From contig BQFW01000011.1 of assembly GCA_020891255.1 (NCBI GenBank), forward strand, positions 1,488,001-1,552,000: 64,000 bases of DNA. Direction: 5' to 3'. The stretch is from Entomortierella parvispora E1425. Lineage: Eukaryota > Fungi > Mortierellomycota. Within the stretch, counting starts at the first letter, position 1, and every line of letters starts with the position of its first letter. The notes beneath the pieces were generated by a model. It had not been told where the DNA came from and ran no database searches. It worked only from the letters and a program-made list of their open reading frames with translations. The position numbers and the translations under genes were made by a program. This document shows positions 1 to 13,712 of this stretch, in pieces.

Positions 1-2
1 TC

Positions 3-1202
3 CAGGATCGATGTGTCGTCCATACGGGTCCCTACTTGACCATGTACTCTCCCATACTATACGATGACGATGGACTGGAATTAACAGAACAGGAGCAGGC
101 TTTGATCGGCCGTGCGAGCACCAAAGTGATCTATCCACCTCAGAAACTGCAAAATTTCCAAATTTTGCTCTGGCATCGTTGTCTCTCAGACCTTATTGCC
201 CTGTACAACAAGATCCAAGATCGTCATTTACCCGAAGCCCATCCAATTGCCCCTTCTTCATCCAAGCGAAAGCACAAGAAAGAGATCTCTACCGCTGCTT
301 CTTCCTTGACTTCTCTGTCCTCGCCCGTTTGCTGTCAGGACCCTCCAAGATCCGCTTCTCGCTTTTACAGCCAATCTCGCAGCAGTGATGAGACGATGAG
401 CCAAGCCTGTCAAGAGTCTTATCCAATGTGCTGCCATGCGCACTCCTTGGTCTTTTCGGCAGAGTATGCATCATCCCACCTGGTCCCTTACCCAGTCCGC
501 GTCCACTTCCGAAGGATGGTGCAAAAAGTGCAAGCTGCGACCCATAGAGCATTCTGGTCCGCCACATCAGGGATTCGCTCCTCTTCTTCCTTCTCGGGTC
601 CGAGTGGACTCTGGACACGACGCATGGTGGAATACACGGGACCCAGGGATCGATTGCGTTTCTGTTCTGGATCCGTGCATCCGCCCAATTACGCCAGGGT
701 TTCGTCTTCGCTGGATCTGTCCAACAAGGACGGAAAGAAGCAGCAAGTGGAGACGGAGGCTCTGATGCAGCAACGCTTGAGAATCGAAGAAGGTCTGCGA
801 CAGGATACGCTCATGAAACAGGAGCTCCTGGCGCTCTGTCATATGGCCTGTGGTCTCTTCTTGGTCGAGGAAAGGGCCGCAATGGATACTCCCCCGACTA
901 TCATGTCCCTTTTGCGTCAAGGCGGCCCCTGGAACAAGGGTGTCTGGCGAGAGGGCGAATGGCGCCGATTGGCCATTGATCCGTCTTCTTCCCCAAAGTC
1001 TGGCAAGACAGCGTCAAGGGCCGCCCCTAACAACAGCAGCAGTAATTCAGTCATGGATCAAGGTCGATGGCAAAAGATTTGTGTGGCCACTATCCAGTTC
1101 TTGGCTCATGAGGATCTTTCTTGGGGTGGCAATCGAGCCAACGCAGAACTCAGTCGACTTCGGACCACCAGCAACGCCAGCTCTTGGATCTACCACGAGT
1201 AA
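3..1202 (+). CDS. Hypothetical protein, probably 5'-partial
   Basis: 388-aa ORF in the track. The same frame has no stop back to position 3, so the gene probably starts before the window. No recognisable domain. Confidence 0.6.
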   Translation, partial: QDRCVVHTGPYLTMYSPILYDDDGLELTEQEQALIGRASTKVIYPPQKLQNFQILLWHRCLSDLIALYNKIQDRHLPEAHPIAPSSSKRKHKKEISTAASSLTSLSSPVCCQDPPRSASRFYSQSRSSDETMSQACQESYPMCCHAHSLVFSAEYASSHLVPYPVRVHFRRMVQKVQAATHRAFWSATSGIRSSSSFSGPSGLWTRRMVEYTGPRDRLRFCSGSVHPPNYARVSSSLDLSNKDGKKQQVETEALMQQRLRIEEGLRQDTLMKQELLALCHMACGLFLVEERAAMDTPPTIMSLLRQGGPWNKGVWREGEWRRLAIDPSSSPKSGKTASRAAPNNSSSNSVMDQGRWQKICVATIQFLAHEDLSWGGNRANAELSRLRTTSNASSWIYHE

Positions 1203-2474
1203 ACCTCTCCACTTGTAACATGCACACTTTTACGAATATACCAAAACTGGCCTTCATGACAGCAATAAAAAAAAAAAAACTCGCACCCGACCTTTCCTTG
1301 TTTCCATTCAGGGTGAGGCAAATTGGTTCCTTGTGAACTTGAGAGTTTCATTATCGAAAAAATGAAAAAAAATATGTGTGCTAACACCTGGAATCGAACC
1401 AGGATCGTCTCGGCCACAACGAGATATACTAACCATTATACTATGTTAGCCTTGATCACATGATTTGTGAGTTTTTCTGATATCTATGTATGATCCACTG
1501 CTCAATCAATCACGTGACAAAGTCACGTGTACAATTACCAGCCTGGCCCAGGTGGCGCCAAAAAAGCAGTGCTGTGCGTTTTTTTTTTTTTTTTTTTTTT
1601 CCTCCAAACTTCGAGTTTCGGGGCTGCACTCCTCTTCACCAAAGAAACGCGACTTTGTTCTGCTCTGCGCTACCAAACTAGCTTTGCCTATGTAGTTTAC
1701 AAGTTGAGGGCGAGGCTAATTAAAAGGAGAGCGCCTGGTGTGAATATTACGGTGGTTATTTTTGTTTGCCAGGAAAAAACTCTGGAAAGAAAACACCCGG
1801 ATGAAGGCCAATCAATGAAGTACTGAATGGTGATTTTTCTTCTATGCACCAATCTTTTGAGCAGTGTAGGTATTCATATATCAGGATGAATTCTGAGGGG
1901 AGAGCGCGATGGTCCTAGATTTGTAGGGATACATTTCATCCAACTCTTTTTTTTTTCTTTTTTTCTGAACCCCCTTCACCCACCCCACCGAAACCACCAC
2001 TCTGGGGCGACGAGGGACAAGAAACAGTTTGTCAAGGAGAAGAAGAAGCGAGCAAGAGGTCATAGCTTGACCCTAATCCTTGGTAAAATGTTTCTCTGTC
2101 CAATTCTGTTCAGGTCTTCCCCACACGACTGTTGCAATTGGTCCGGAACATGAACGTAAAAGAAAATAAAATAACAACACGTTCATTCCGGGAACAGTTT
2201 CGATGGAAAAACAAAGTCCTGCTAGTAAGAGAAAGGACGAAAAGAGAAGGGGAAGCGTCCATCGAAAAAACACTCTACTACGACATGTGTACCTATTACA
2301 CTGTCTTTGTGGACGTGCGTCAAACAGCGGCGCGAGCGAGTCCAGCAGCAGAAAATCTACATACTCTGGTCATTCCTCCGCACTTTTGTCCTTCCAACTT
2401 CCGAATATAGTCCTGAGTTGATCCGGGTCAAGTAAATGTCGTTCAATCTGAATAATCACCCCCAAAATCGCTCA

Positions 2475-2507
<33 letters not shown>

Positions 2508-3789
2508 AATGCAAGAACTGCTGGCAGGGGTTGCGAAGCGTGGCTCAAACATGGAATTGCTCTCAAAGGGCATTGATTGTCATGATCCTTCATAATACAT
2601 ATTGGAGGTTCATCCTTTCTGACGAGAACAAGTATTTTCCTGCAAATGCTATCGATACAGCGGAATTACAATCTCGCAACATGTCAAAAGTCAGCAAAAG
2701 GCAAAAGTCAAACCAGCTGCAGAGGCAGAGCTTGAAAGTTTGAATGCACGCAGTAATGGAGAGTTTTCTTTCTTCCTTTTGCTTCTGCCCAATGGCAGTG
2801 GTGGCTACTGATCGTGCGGAGTAAGGAGGTGCTGCATGCAGTTGCCATTGAAGAGCCAGCAAAAAAAAGGGTCGCCAGGGGGGGTTGGAAAAGAGGGTCG
2901 CGATGACAACACCAACAGAAGGGGGGAAGAGGGGCTTGTCTCAGATGCAAAAGAGGGAAAGCGGGGCTTCCATTTTCCAGAGTTCAACAAAGCGAGCGCC
3001 AGGGAGTCTCTTGCCGTCGTCATTTTGATCGAGATGATGGAGAGACAGAGTCTCGTCCCCTCTCTTGCAGCATCCTGCATCTCCCTTTGTCAGCTCTGGT
3101 GTCTTTTTGGTTCACTTTTGAGAGCCGCTTCATTGAACTTGAGTCTAGTGCACCAACTTTGGTACATTAGGGCCATCAATTGGCACTAAACAAGAGCTGG
3201 CACCGGGATACGGACAAACGAACGAGACAAGAAGCGAGGCGAGGGATCGAATGGTGAATGCATTGTGAAGGGCCAATGTCGCCGTCATCCCGTGATGGCA
3301 TTCGTCATTCCGTTTGCCCCTGGATGGGAGTGGTACAAGAAGGGTTATTTCTGTTACCGTCTCCCCGAGCAAAGGCAGGTTGTCAGGTAAAAAAATACTT
3401 TCCTTGTTCGCTGGTAACTCTTTTTGTGCAACTGGGTCATCGGCCCATTCTATTTTTTACGAGCGAAGCAAACAAGCAAAGCAACATAAACGGATAATGA
3501 TACAGATTGAGGGTTCTTTTTATTGGAATGGAATACTTTACTCGCTCTAGGTGAGAGGTTTAGGATATTAATGAACGGAATGGGGCAATAAGAGAAAAAG
3601 TAGACCAGAAGGCCAAAGCAGATTGAAAAGAACTTGTTCTCATGGATAACAACTGAAGAAAGAGAAGCGTAACCATGTCTTGCAGTCCCATCGAAGAGTC
3701 CATAATAATCCCAATGCAGCTTCCAGGCTTATTCAGGAGCCACTTTTCTAGATAACAGGCTGTTGAGGGACAACAATGGAGATTCTGCT

Positions 3790-4329
3790 TTAAAGAAGCA
3801 TGTAGGCAGCCGAGGCAAGGGCAGCAGCGCCGGAGAGGATGGGGGCAGCAACGCTAGCAGCGGCGCCAGTGGCCTTGGCTGGGGCAGCAGAGGCAGTAGT
3901 GGAGGGGCTAGCACCGGTGCTGCCGCCGGCGGGAAGGATCTTGAAGGTGCCGGAGTAGGTAACGGGGGAGACAACAATCGACAAGGCGTAGGTCTTGGTG
4001 GCGTCAGCCTGAGCGGCAGGGACAACCCAGTAGGGGTTACCCTGGGTCACACCGTTGGTACCACTGCAGTCAATGTAGCCGACAGTGGCGACAAAGAAGG
4101 CACTGTTGGGGTTGGTAGAGTCAAGAAGCTGGACCTCGGTCTTGGTAGGGGTGGCAGAGACTCTGGTGTAGGGGGCAACGCAAGGGTTAATCCAAGAGAA
4201 GGTGGTGTTCTCGCCAGCGGTGTAGGTGATGCCAGGGGAGACGGGGTTGGTGAACTGGATGTAGTTGGTAGTGTTCTGGGCGACAGCAACGGCGGCGACG
4301 GCCAAGGCGACAACGGACTTGATGAACAT
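3790..4329 (-). CDS. Secreted Ser/Thr/Ala-rich, probably GPI-anchored cell-surface protein (179 aa)
   Basis: ATG at 4329 gives signal peptide MFIKSVVALAVAAVAVA, a compact beta-type domain with 2 Cys, an S/T/A/P linker and a hydrophobic C-terminal tail (AAPILSGAAALASAAYMLL). Codons are strongly biased to C/T endings. Confidence 0.85.
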   Translation of the reverse strand: MFIKSVVALAVAAVAVAQNTTNYIQFTNPVSPGITYTAGENTTFSWINPCVAPYTRVSATPTKTEVQLLDSTNPNSAFFVATVGYIDCSGTNGVTQGNPYWVVPAAQADATKTYALSIVVSPVTYSGTFKILPAGGSTGASPSTTASAAPAKATGAAASVAAPILSGAAALASAAYMLL

Positions 4330-6712
4330 AGTGAAGTGGATGTGTGTGGGAGGGAGGATGGAGATGATGATGAGGAGAAAAGAGAGAAGAAAGAGAAAAA
4401 AGAGAAACGAGAAGAAGAGGAAAGAAAAGCGCGCGCGGAGAGCAATTGCTGATTGATTTAGCCGCATCTGATTCGCCAACGGCCAACAAGGTGAGGGGCA
4501 GCGTCTTGTATCTTTGTGTGTTGTTGTGTCTGGTCGGTCTGGTCTGGACGAAATGGGTGTTTGGTTCAGGCGGAAACTTGTTTCCCCCTGCCAGGCAGGC
4601 TCTGCCCCGTCTGGTGGTTCTTCCTCTCTGGCTATTATATCCCCTGCCTGGCTCTTTGGCCGTGCCTCCTTTTCTCCCTGACTTGCCCCGCTGCTCCGTT
4701 CTGTTGCCTGCTGGCGCTATCGAAAGAGGAACAGGCGGCTTGGCCCGTTTCGCTCTTTGCGCAAGACGGACGCAGCAGCAAAAGCGCTGACAGGACGGCC
4801 AAAGAAGGAGTGTACAGTACATGCACATAGAAACTGAGAGCATTGAAGTGTCCATGGACCGCAAAATGACCACTTTGGACCAAGCAGCCTCACCCTCCCA
4901 AAAGGGTGTCTCCAAGGTCAGCTCCCGTCGCTGTGGGCGGGCCAGTGGGTTAAACTGGGAGCCCGTTTCTGGTTCCTGCTCTCGGGGATATTCACGCTTT
5001 TGGAGGAGATGCCTTCATCTGAGAAGGTTCTTTCTCCTCCTGTCGCAGGTTTAGACTCTGGTTGCTTTGTCTCTGGTGCGTTTCTCATTATTATTGTTCG
5101 TCCTCAAGATTGGTCTTCGGTCGTGTGTTCAGCATTGTCTTTTTTTCTCTTTTTTTCTTAGGAATGATACCAAGGACGGACGACAACATCAACGCAAACA
5201 AACACAGGGTCAAGGACAGCCCGCCATAAAAATAGAATTTTGGATAGCAGCGTTGAGCTGACCAAAGAGGTCTCCGTTCCCTCTGAGCGAAGTGGTGACC
5301 AGGCTGGGTCAATCTAAATGTGCTGCCAGTTTGCACCGGTAACGAATGACATGCCCCTCGGACTCGAGACGGCCACCACCCTAACTTGTGCTGCACGGCT
5401 ACGACCATGAGTCTCATGAAAGATGCTGCCCAGAGAATCGCAGACGACTCAACAGATGACTGGACGCCACCAAATAAAGTCAGGCACCAGGCACCATTCT
5501 CCCAGTAGCTTGTTGGTGAGCCCAACAGGCCAATCTTGGAGAGTCTGTCGTTCTGAGTTGACTGGCTATTGTCGGTCCATGTTCACGCTCGATAACAATG
5601 CAGGACAGCGACAGGCCAGCTTTTGTCCATGTCCGCACACCACAGCAAGAGCATTCTCAGCAAGAGCGGCCATTCTTTTGTGTTTTGTGTGGTGGGGTAC
5701 CAAATTGCAATTTGCCAACCTAAACGCAAAGCAAAGAGGCAAGCCCACTCACTGCTGTTGTTGTTGTTGTGTTTATTGTTGTCATGCCTGTTTCCCCACG
5801 AGGAAGAGGCAGGCCGTTGCAACGAGACTCAGCAGAGAGAGAAAGAGAGAGAGAATCCAGAGGCCAGCCCACGCCTGTCTGTCTGTCTCTGCCTCTGTCT
5901 GCCTGAGTCTGTCAAAGAGCGATCGATGCCAGAGTCTGTTCGTGCAAACGCGGCTCTGTTCGGTACGCATTCAGTGCACACCACTCACATGCAACCATCC
6001 ATCCCATTCCTCGGGCTCGTGTCGTGGACCATGGCCAGCCTGCACCTCCACCACCTCCCTTTCCCCTGTCATCTCACTTCTCTCTCTCTTCCTTCCTTCC
6101 CTCCTTCCTCATCCTTCTCCTCCTCTCCGACCCTCATCCCTCTCTCTCACTCTCTCACTCTCTCTCTCTCTCCCCTCCAGTGGCTCTTGCCATCCCTTCC
6201 TGCCCTAGTCCCGGCTCATCATCCCATTCTATAATCAACCACCACGCTCTCATCCTCATCCTCCCCCTTTCTCCCCCTCCTCCCTCACTAAGTCTCTCAT
6301 CCATCTGGCTCCTCTCCCAAAGAGCACATAATAATCCACACCCATCCCTCTACTGTCTTCTCCCTCTCTACCTTTTCCTTCTCCTCCTCATCGCTGGATC
6401 GACACCACCATCCTCCTCGTTATTTTTAACGCACGTCTTCCCCTTTCGTGTTTCCCTTGGTTGTTGCCTTTACACATAACCTTGACACCGAGTTCTCTAA
6501 ACAGACAGCTGGCCTGACTGCACATCACTTCCCTTCGGAAAGGTATTGGCAAAATCGAGCCAGGCGTGCAATTCCAGCAATTGGGACTAAAAGAAGATAG
6601 TATCCCAGACCATGGTCCTTGCGGGCCTCTCTAGTCCACGAACTTGTGTCTAATTGTCGATCGTCCCTCCTCTTTCTCTGTTTTCGTCCTGTAGACTCGT
6701 TACACCACTATC

Positions 6713-7774
6713 ATGAAGCCAACCAGCAAAATCATCGCCATTGCCGCACTCGTGGCCTTCATAGGCACAGCGTCAGTCTTCACCGAGGCCGCGCCAGTCA
6801 ACGGCGACCTCAAATTCCACGACTTTTCGTCCGGGCCTAATCACGTTCAGGAAGGTGCTATGCTCTTGCACGATCTCCGCAAGCGAGCACCACCAGCAAC
6901 CGAGACGACTGGAGGAAAACTACCTGACACAGCGACAAAGACGACAGTTGCACCTCACACTACGACTGAAAAGCCAAAAACCGCGAACCCAACAGCAGAC
7001 CCTGCTAAATCCTCAAACCCGCCAGCCCATGCGACCACATCCTCGGCTGCAGCAGGTAAAGCCCCCTCTTCTGCCGCTGTTCCAGTTGGTCCCACAGGTT
7101 CGGACGTACCTCCATTGCCCTCAGGTACGAGTTCACCTGGTAGTGGAGGCTCTTCCGAGTCGAGCGTCCCCACTGCTGTCTCTGAAAAGGTCTTTATCGG
7201 TTTGGGCACGGTTGGAGGCTTTATTGTCTTTGCGCTTGGTGGAGTTGCTTTCTGCCGCCACCGCAAAAAGAAGAACTTGGCGTCAGCGTTGTTGCAGCAG
7301 ACCGCGCAGTTCAACAACAACAATCCCTACGCCAAATTGCCCGAGCCAGCACCTGCGCCGAAGGAGGCCATGGCCATGACCCCCACCAAGCCCTTGGGTA
7401 CTTATAACGTTGTTGCGACTTACACCCCAGCGCTAGCGGATGAGATTGAAATTGGACTTGGCGACTCTGTAACGATTTTGCAAGAATATGACGATGGATG
7501 GTGCATGGGTGTCAACAACTCAAAGGGAGGTGTTAAGGGAGTGTTCCCCAGACACTGTGTTGAGATGGGTGCCTATGAAGGATCACAGCATGGAGCCCCT
7601 GGTGGACCACACTACCCACCCAGCCCCAGTTTCAAGGCAGCTGCCAACAAGCGTATGAGCTCCATCCCACAGGGCTGGAACGATGGATATGGAGGCAACT
7701 ATCCTCCTCAAAGCAGCCCACAATACCCACCTTACCAGCAAGGCGGTGGTGGTGGATATGGAGGAGGATTCTAA
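6713..7774 (+). CDS. Single-pass membrane protein with C-terminal SH3 domain (353 aa)
   Basis: Signal peptide, S/T/P-rich ectodomain, TM helix (VFIGLGTVGGFIVFALGGVAFC) followed by RHRKKK, then SH3 motifs YNVVATYTPALADEIEI...DDGWCMG...GVFPRHCV. Confidence 0.9.
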   Translation: MKPTSKIIAIAALVAFIGTASVFTEAAPVNGDLKFHDFSSGPNHVQEGAMLLHDLRKRAPPATETTGGKLPDTATKTTVAPHTTTEKPKTANPTADPAKSSNPPAHATTSSAAAGKAPSSAAVPVGPTGSDVPPLPSGTSSPGSGGSSESSVPTAVSEKVFIGLGTVGGFIVFALGGVAFCRHRKKKNLASALLQQTAQFNNNNPYAKLPEPAPAPKEAMAMTPTKPLGTYNVVATYTPALADEIEIGLGDSVTILQEYDDGWCMGVNNSKGGVKGVFPRHCVEMGAYEGSQHGAPGGPHYPPSPSFKAAANKRMSSIPQGWNDGYGGNYPPQSSPQYPPYQQGGGGGYGGGF

Positions 7775-8797
7775 AGGAAATGATCTTGCTTTTCTTTTCT
7801 TTTCTTTGTTCTATCCAGCATTCAGACATGATCAATAAAAAAAAAATAAAAAAAAAGAGACCTTTACTGGTATGTCGAGAGGAGAAATGTGAGAGCATCC
7901 AGGCCAAAAGGAAAAGGTAAAAATATGTTTATTAGCCTGCGCTCTGCAGAGCCCACTTGGTCTTTAAACCCACAGAGGACCCACAAGAAGAATGAGGGTC
8001 AAGCTCATACTGTAGACAAAACGTGCATAGATGAAGTGAGTAGACCGAGGAAAAGAGAGGAGAGATTCTCGATGGATCAACGCCACCAATTTTTTCCGTT
8101 GCAGTTTTGTGGTTTGAATTTGAACATGAGCTCCTTTGGCTGGCCCCGGTTTGTCGCTCTATGTACTTTAGTTTATCTCGTCGTTCTCTCCCCATTTGGG
8201 ACGATCCGAGATACAATTGTGCAAAGTCAGTAGCAGCTGCTGCACAGCGGCCAGAGAGGTGAATCCTAGGATATGTAATAGGTGAAGCCACGATCATGGA
8301 GTCATCCTCTAAGCCATCATCATCCACCAAGTTCGAGGATGTTCTTCGCTTGTTTGAAGTTGACAAATTTGCGCGAAAACGCAGGCTTGAGATCTGCCCA
8401 ATGGCATGACATGCTGACCTCAGTGTGTACGGTACATTGAAAAAATACACAGCTGCAGAGGCTTGGACAAGGCGACAAAATTATTAAGCTCTCAAGGGTG
8501 GTTGTGAACTGACGACATGACATGATACATGATCGAATCGCGAATTGACTTGGACGCTTTTCTTCTTCCCGCTTCCTTCCCTCCTTCTGTCGAACAACGT
8601 TCTTCGGCGACCCTGCATCCTTCCAAAAAAGGAACTCGCACCCCTCAGCCTGAACGGCTCTATCCTCATGTCTGCCCTGTGGTCGCCGTCGATCCTTTCT
8701 TCTTGCATACCTTGTTTTGTTCGCCCTGGTCTCGGCTGCGCACTACGACACGCGCACAGGTCCCTCACTGCTTTGCTTCTTTCTCCTTTCGCCCGAC

Positions 8798-8804
8798 TAT
8801 AAAA
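8798..8804 (+). promoter_or_regulatory. Candidate TATA box of the Zn2Cys6 gene
   Basis: TATAAAA about 85 bp upstream of ATG 8887, after a pyrimidine-rich tract. Confidence 0.45.
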
Positions 8805-8886
8805 TCCGGCCCTAGAAATATCTTCAACATCTTTCTTTCTTTCCAGACATCCACGCGGTACTACCCCGTTCAACTCCAACTCGGAC

Positions 8887-11800
8887 ATGTATTCAGCACC
8901 AACCCACCCCTCGGATCTTTGTGCGTCCTCACTGGCGTATGAGCAGGAGAGGCAGCTTCAGGACCAGCATCATCATCAAGACCAACAGCACCAGCACCAG
9001 CACCAACATCTACAACAACAACAGCAGCAGCAAGTTCATCAGCTACAATACCACAGTTCTCACTCTCATCAAAAGCATCAGCATGGCCTCTCTGGCAACA
9101 ACGAAGGCAGTCGTCAACATCAATGGTCAGATGGGCAGAGAGTCCAACTGTTTTCACAAGATAAGCAAACAGGGTCGTTCGTTGATTTGCTGAGCCCTCC
9201 TTTTCAAACGGAATCCAGGCCTCGGACCCTTGATCCGGGCGCTCAACAATTCTCGGACCAACCTTCCGTTCATACCGCTGGGATTGTAACCCAGTTCAGT
9301 AGCCACTACTCCATTCATTCACCACACCTTTCATTGTCATCCACTGTGACCAGACCGTTAACAGTTTCCTCTCCTCACTGTCCCGGTGAGCCTCGGAAGA
9401 GACACAAGATTGCTACTTCATGCAACCGCTGCCGCCAGAACAAGGTAAAACAGGATGAAAAAAAACAAAGAGATGAGTCTGAGGGGTTCGATTTTCCTGG
9501 TCCCTTGTTTATTTCATCTCTGGAATGCTGAATGTGTCAATCTAATATCTCTGGAACACACCACTTCTAGAGGAAATGTGATGGTGGTGTGCCTTGCTCG
9601 ACCTGCAAGAGAATTAATGTCGATTGCTGCTATACCGATGCTCAGTTATCGCGCGCACTTTGGGGTGATTCTCCACTGAGTCGAGAAAAAGTCCAAGGCA
9701 CGATCGCGGCCAAAAAGCCAGGGGCAGATCCCAAAAAGCGCAAGTCATTGTCATCGAAAACAGGCGATGAATCGACATCACAGCCGTTATTTGCCCCAGT
9801 GCAGCCACTATCACAGCTGTCGCCACAGCCATCTCAGTTGTTTCTGCCTGCCATTCCAATTACCGAGACAGGGTGCCTTATCCATCCTGATACAGCCGCC
9901 AGCAACAGCAGCATCTTGGATCTGACTGCGCGGGCCGTTTTGTCAAAAAGTTACCAACAATCGCTGGATCACATCATTGGGAACCAGTCGAGACAGATGA
10001 CCAAGATGATGAGGGTTTTGCAGCCTGTGCCACCATCATCCCCAGTGTTTTCATCAGCCATGGGCTTTGCGGGCGCCAATCCGCAGTCCCAGCATCAACC
10101 CTTGAAACAGGAGTTAATGGAGGGACTACTAGAGACTGGTCTATCTGACCCTACAACATTGTCACAACAGGCTCAACTGAATGACGATATCGATTCGATC
10201 GAAGCCATGACGCCCTGGCAACATGTGGAGATGCTTGAGCGACAACTACAGGTGATACAGCAGCTGCAACAGCAACAGCAGCAAATCTTTGGTAACAAAG
10301 ACTTGGACCTTTCTCAACCACAACGACCAAACGGGGAAGCGCCCTCTCTTCTCGACAGCGAGCAGGAGAATTTTCTTCAAGACATTCGGGCGGAAGTGCA
10401 CAACTTTGCACTCATGTCTAAAGTTGCGCCCATCGGTGGCGTGAATAATCTAGATGCAGATTACTTTTCAGGTGTTCATCTCCCTGACCTTATACCCCTG
10501 ACCATGACAGTTGCTGAAGCGACTGCAACCACTACAGAATACAATATTTCGTCCGATGTGTCCATTTCTGGAGAAGATAAGTGGCTATCGTCGGAAGCAC
10601 CTCTGTCGTGGTCCTCTGCGGCAACGATGACGGTCAGTTCTGCAACTACACCTGTATCATTGGCATCTTCCCTCTCGACCCCTATGTCCTCAAATCCTGG
10701 ACGCCATTCCTCTCCGGAAAAGAAGGCAGACGACGTAGTGGAGTTCAAGGCCGCGCGAATGGCTGCTGATTTGCTTGCCATTCGACGCTACGATATTGCT
10801 TTTCGAATCCCTCGACATATACACGATGAGGTGGACGAGATTTGGATTCCGCCAACGACGACAGAGCAACAGATTCTGGACCCCTCGGCAATAATGACAG
10901 ATTATCCGTTTGGTGACAGGACAAAGCGGGTACCTAAACACTTGAGACTGATACCAGCAGATGCTGACTATCTCATCAATGCTTTTTTCGAGGTGAGCAG
11001 GATTCTATTTTGAAAACAAGGGCGAGGGATAGAGCACAAAAAAAAAAAAAGACCAAAAAAAACAAGCGTACTCACAAATAAAGACTACCTTCTCTGAATA
11101 GCACGCCCATTTTTACTCCCCTGTGGTGAATCGAGCTGCCGTCGAATTGGCAATGATGGAGTCCGATAAGCCTCATTCGATGCTCCTGCTAAATGTCGTG
11201 TTCATGACTGCATGCAAGCACTTGAATCACACCAGAGAATTTGATCGCGCTATCAAATTTCGTGAACGCGCACGAGGTAGGCATGCTGCGTCTTGTGCCT
11301 TTTGTCCACTTTTCTCCCTTCTGTGCTCGCTTGAGCTGACTGTCAAGTTTTTATTTTTTATTATTTTTGTTTTTATTTTTTTTTCACAAAGAGCTGCAAG
11401 ACCTCGTAGACGACAGACGGCGTTTGACTGTACTCCAGGCCTGCCTTCTCGGATCTCTTGTAACCTATGGCGTTTTCAGAAAAAACGCGTCATACATGGC
11501 AGCGGTGCTGGGAGTCCATGATGGACGTGTTCCTATGGGGTCTTCACCCGAGAAGGATTGGCACCTTGATTCGCCTGAAAACAACCTCTTTCCCGAATCA
11601 GCGTATCAAGCGCGATTGTGGTGCTTCTGGGGGCTCTACGTTCGAAACTGCGTCAATCGACTCTACTTTGGGTGGCCCAATGCGCTGGACAATCGAGCTG
11701 TTACAGCTGAATTGCCACGAATTGAAGGATGCATTGGGATAGGATCCACAGTTCCGAGTACTGTGCCATCGTTACTGCCCCAAAAACTTATCGGAAAGCG

Positions 11801-13712
11801 CAGGGATACAAGAGGGGGACGCCAGAGTAACCAAAGAATCAAGAAACGGCCTCTTGTTGATCTTCAAGCTAGTCAAGGGCCACGGCAAACGTATTGTCGG
11901 AGCAACTTCATCAGCAGTGATGAGGAAGAGGACGAGGAGGAGCGAGGTGTCGGTGGTATGGTTAGCGACGGATCCGACGATGATATTAGTTGCCCTGTCA
12001 GAGTCAATGGCATGCGCAACATCCGACAGAATCTAGGGTCAACTGAGGGTCCTCGTACGCGTTGTCTCTTTCAAAAAAACAGCCATCGTCTTCAAGCCCT
12101 GATGGAAGGTGCTCAAGCATGTCCTGTGCTTTCTTACCGAATTCTTGTCCAGCAGAGTGAAACGTTGATTAAAACTCGAGCTGGTGAGAAGCCTGATGAG
12201 CGCAGGGACTCTCCTACTCAACAGATGGAGACCGAGGAGATCCAGGCCCAAGAGATGGAATTGCACATGGATCGAATGAGGCTGTTGATCGAGTCAAAGG
12301 AAGATGCCACAGACAATGGCACTTTTGCGAGGCGATTGTTCTTGGAGGAGATTCGACTATGGTCCATAGGCCGAAGATTGGCCGTCTATCTCTCTGATCG
12401 GTCAGCGAAAAGAGCCCTTTCTTTCGGCAGACCTACAGTGAATGTGGCGTTTGCCTGCTCTTCCGCGCCCGCGCGGTCCTCATTCTCCTCTGTTATCGAG
12501 ACTAAACAGAAGGATACCGTCGACATCCAGGGATCCAAAGCAACACACCCATCACCCAACACACCTTGTGGAGGATGGCAGCTTCATCCTGCCGCAGAGT
12601 GGTCCGAGCAAGCCTGGCTTCAAGATGGCGAGCTGCAGAAGTTGCAGGCGGACCTGATTGCTTGGGAACGGGATCTACCAAACCATCTACGATTCCGATC
12701 AGATGTGGAATCCGAAGACGTTGACCACAGGATCAATGGGAAAATGAGTAAGTATCCACAGCCCCCAGAGTTTTTTTTTATTGTTCTACTTCAATCGTAG
12801 CCGTCAGTGAGTTCTAACAACTCAACTTTATTCTTGTTATCTCTAGGTGTTTTGATCATGTCGTACTATACAATGACGATAATGTTGCAATCGTCATATC
12901 TGCCAAGCATACAGCCTGGCAAAAAGGCCTCAAATGCAAATTCGGAGGCGCAAGTTCCATCTACCTTGTCGCCGTCCCAACACAAATCAGGGGCAGCCCG
13001 AGATGGATCAACAGAGGGCAACCGCAAAGGAACAAACGCTGACACTAGCCAACAAGGTGGTCGACCCGATAACAGTTCGCCTACTCCTTCTTTCTCTTCC
13101 GGTCAATTCACTCCTGCTGAGCCAGCATGGGAACAGGACCACGTGTTACCAAGGAGATTCGCCAACCCAGCGCACAAGATTTGCACAGAACTCTCCAACA
13201 CGCTGCTGCATCATGTCGAAATCATGCTGGACACTTATCCAAACTGGTGTTCGATCCAAGCCAAGGTCAACCATGCCATTATGGTCTGCATGCGAGTGGC
13301 GTGTGAGAACTCCAAGCCCAACATGACTTGTCCTTCGGAGAGAGAGGAGGCTCAGGCCCAGTTTCGGATGGGTTCAGATCTGTATCGTCGATTGTCCGTA
13401 TTGCCAGAACCCTTGACGATCCGAGACCGTCCAGTGGAGACAGATGTCCATTATATGGATATGGTTGAAGAGAGCTTCCGGGAAATGTTAGTGAGTACAT
13501 CCACGATGGACGATGATAACGATGACAAGAACGAGCACTGTGAGCGTCAGGAACCGGAACCGGAACAAGGGAATCTAAACCTCCAAGATGGCGCCGTCTC
13601 CGAGATGGGGAATGCGCAGAGTCAGATGGTCCCGCCTCTACATATCTTTGGCAATGGTGGAGAGAGGTCCTTTGATTTCGAATTTCCAATGCCAAACACC
13701 GATCTACCGTAG
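8887..13712 (+). CDS. Zn(II)2Cys6 fungal transcription factor with Fungal_trans-type middle region (~1458 aa)
   Basis: join(8887..9444,9571..10992,11102..11276,11392..12747,12847..13712) = 4377 nt in frame with GT-AG introns. Splicing restores CNRCRQNKRKCDGGVPCSTCKRINVDC and FFEHAHFYSPVVNR. N-terminus is polyQ/His-rich. Confidence 0.88.

Noticed and set aside
3763-4452. 229-aa Gly-rich plus-strand ORF
   Set aside because: Antisense shadow of the codon-biased GPI-type gene on the minus strand.
5423-6479. Leu/Ser/Pro-rich ORFs
   Set aside because: CT-rich promoter or 5' UTR sequence of the SH3 gene; low-complexity artefacts.
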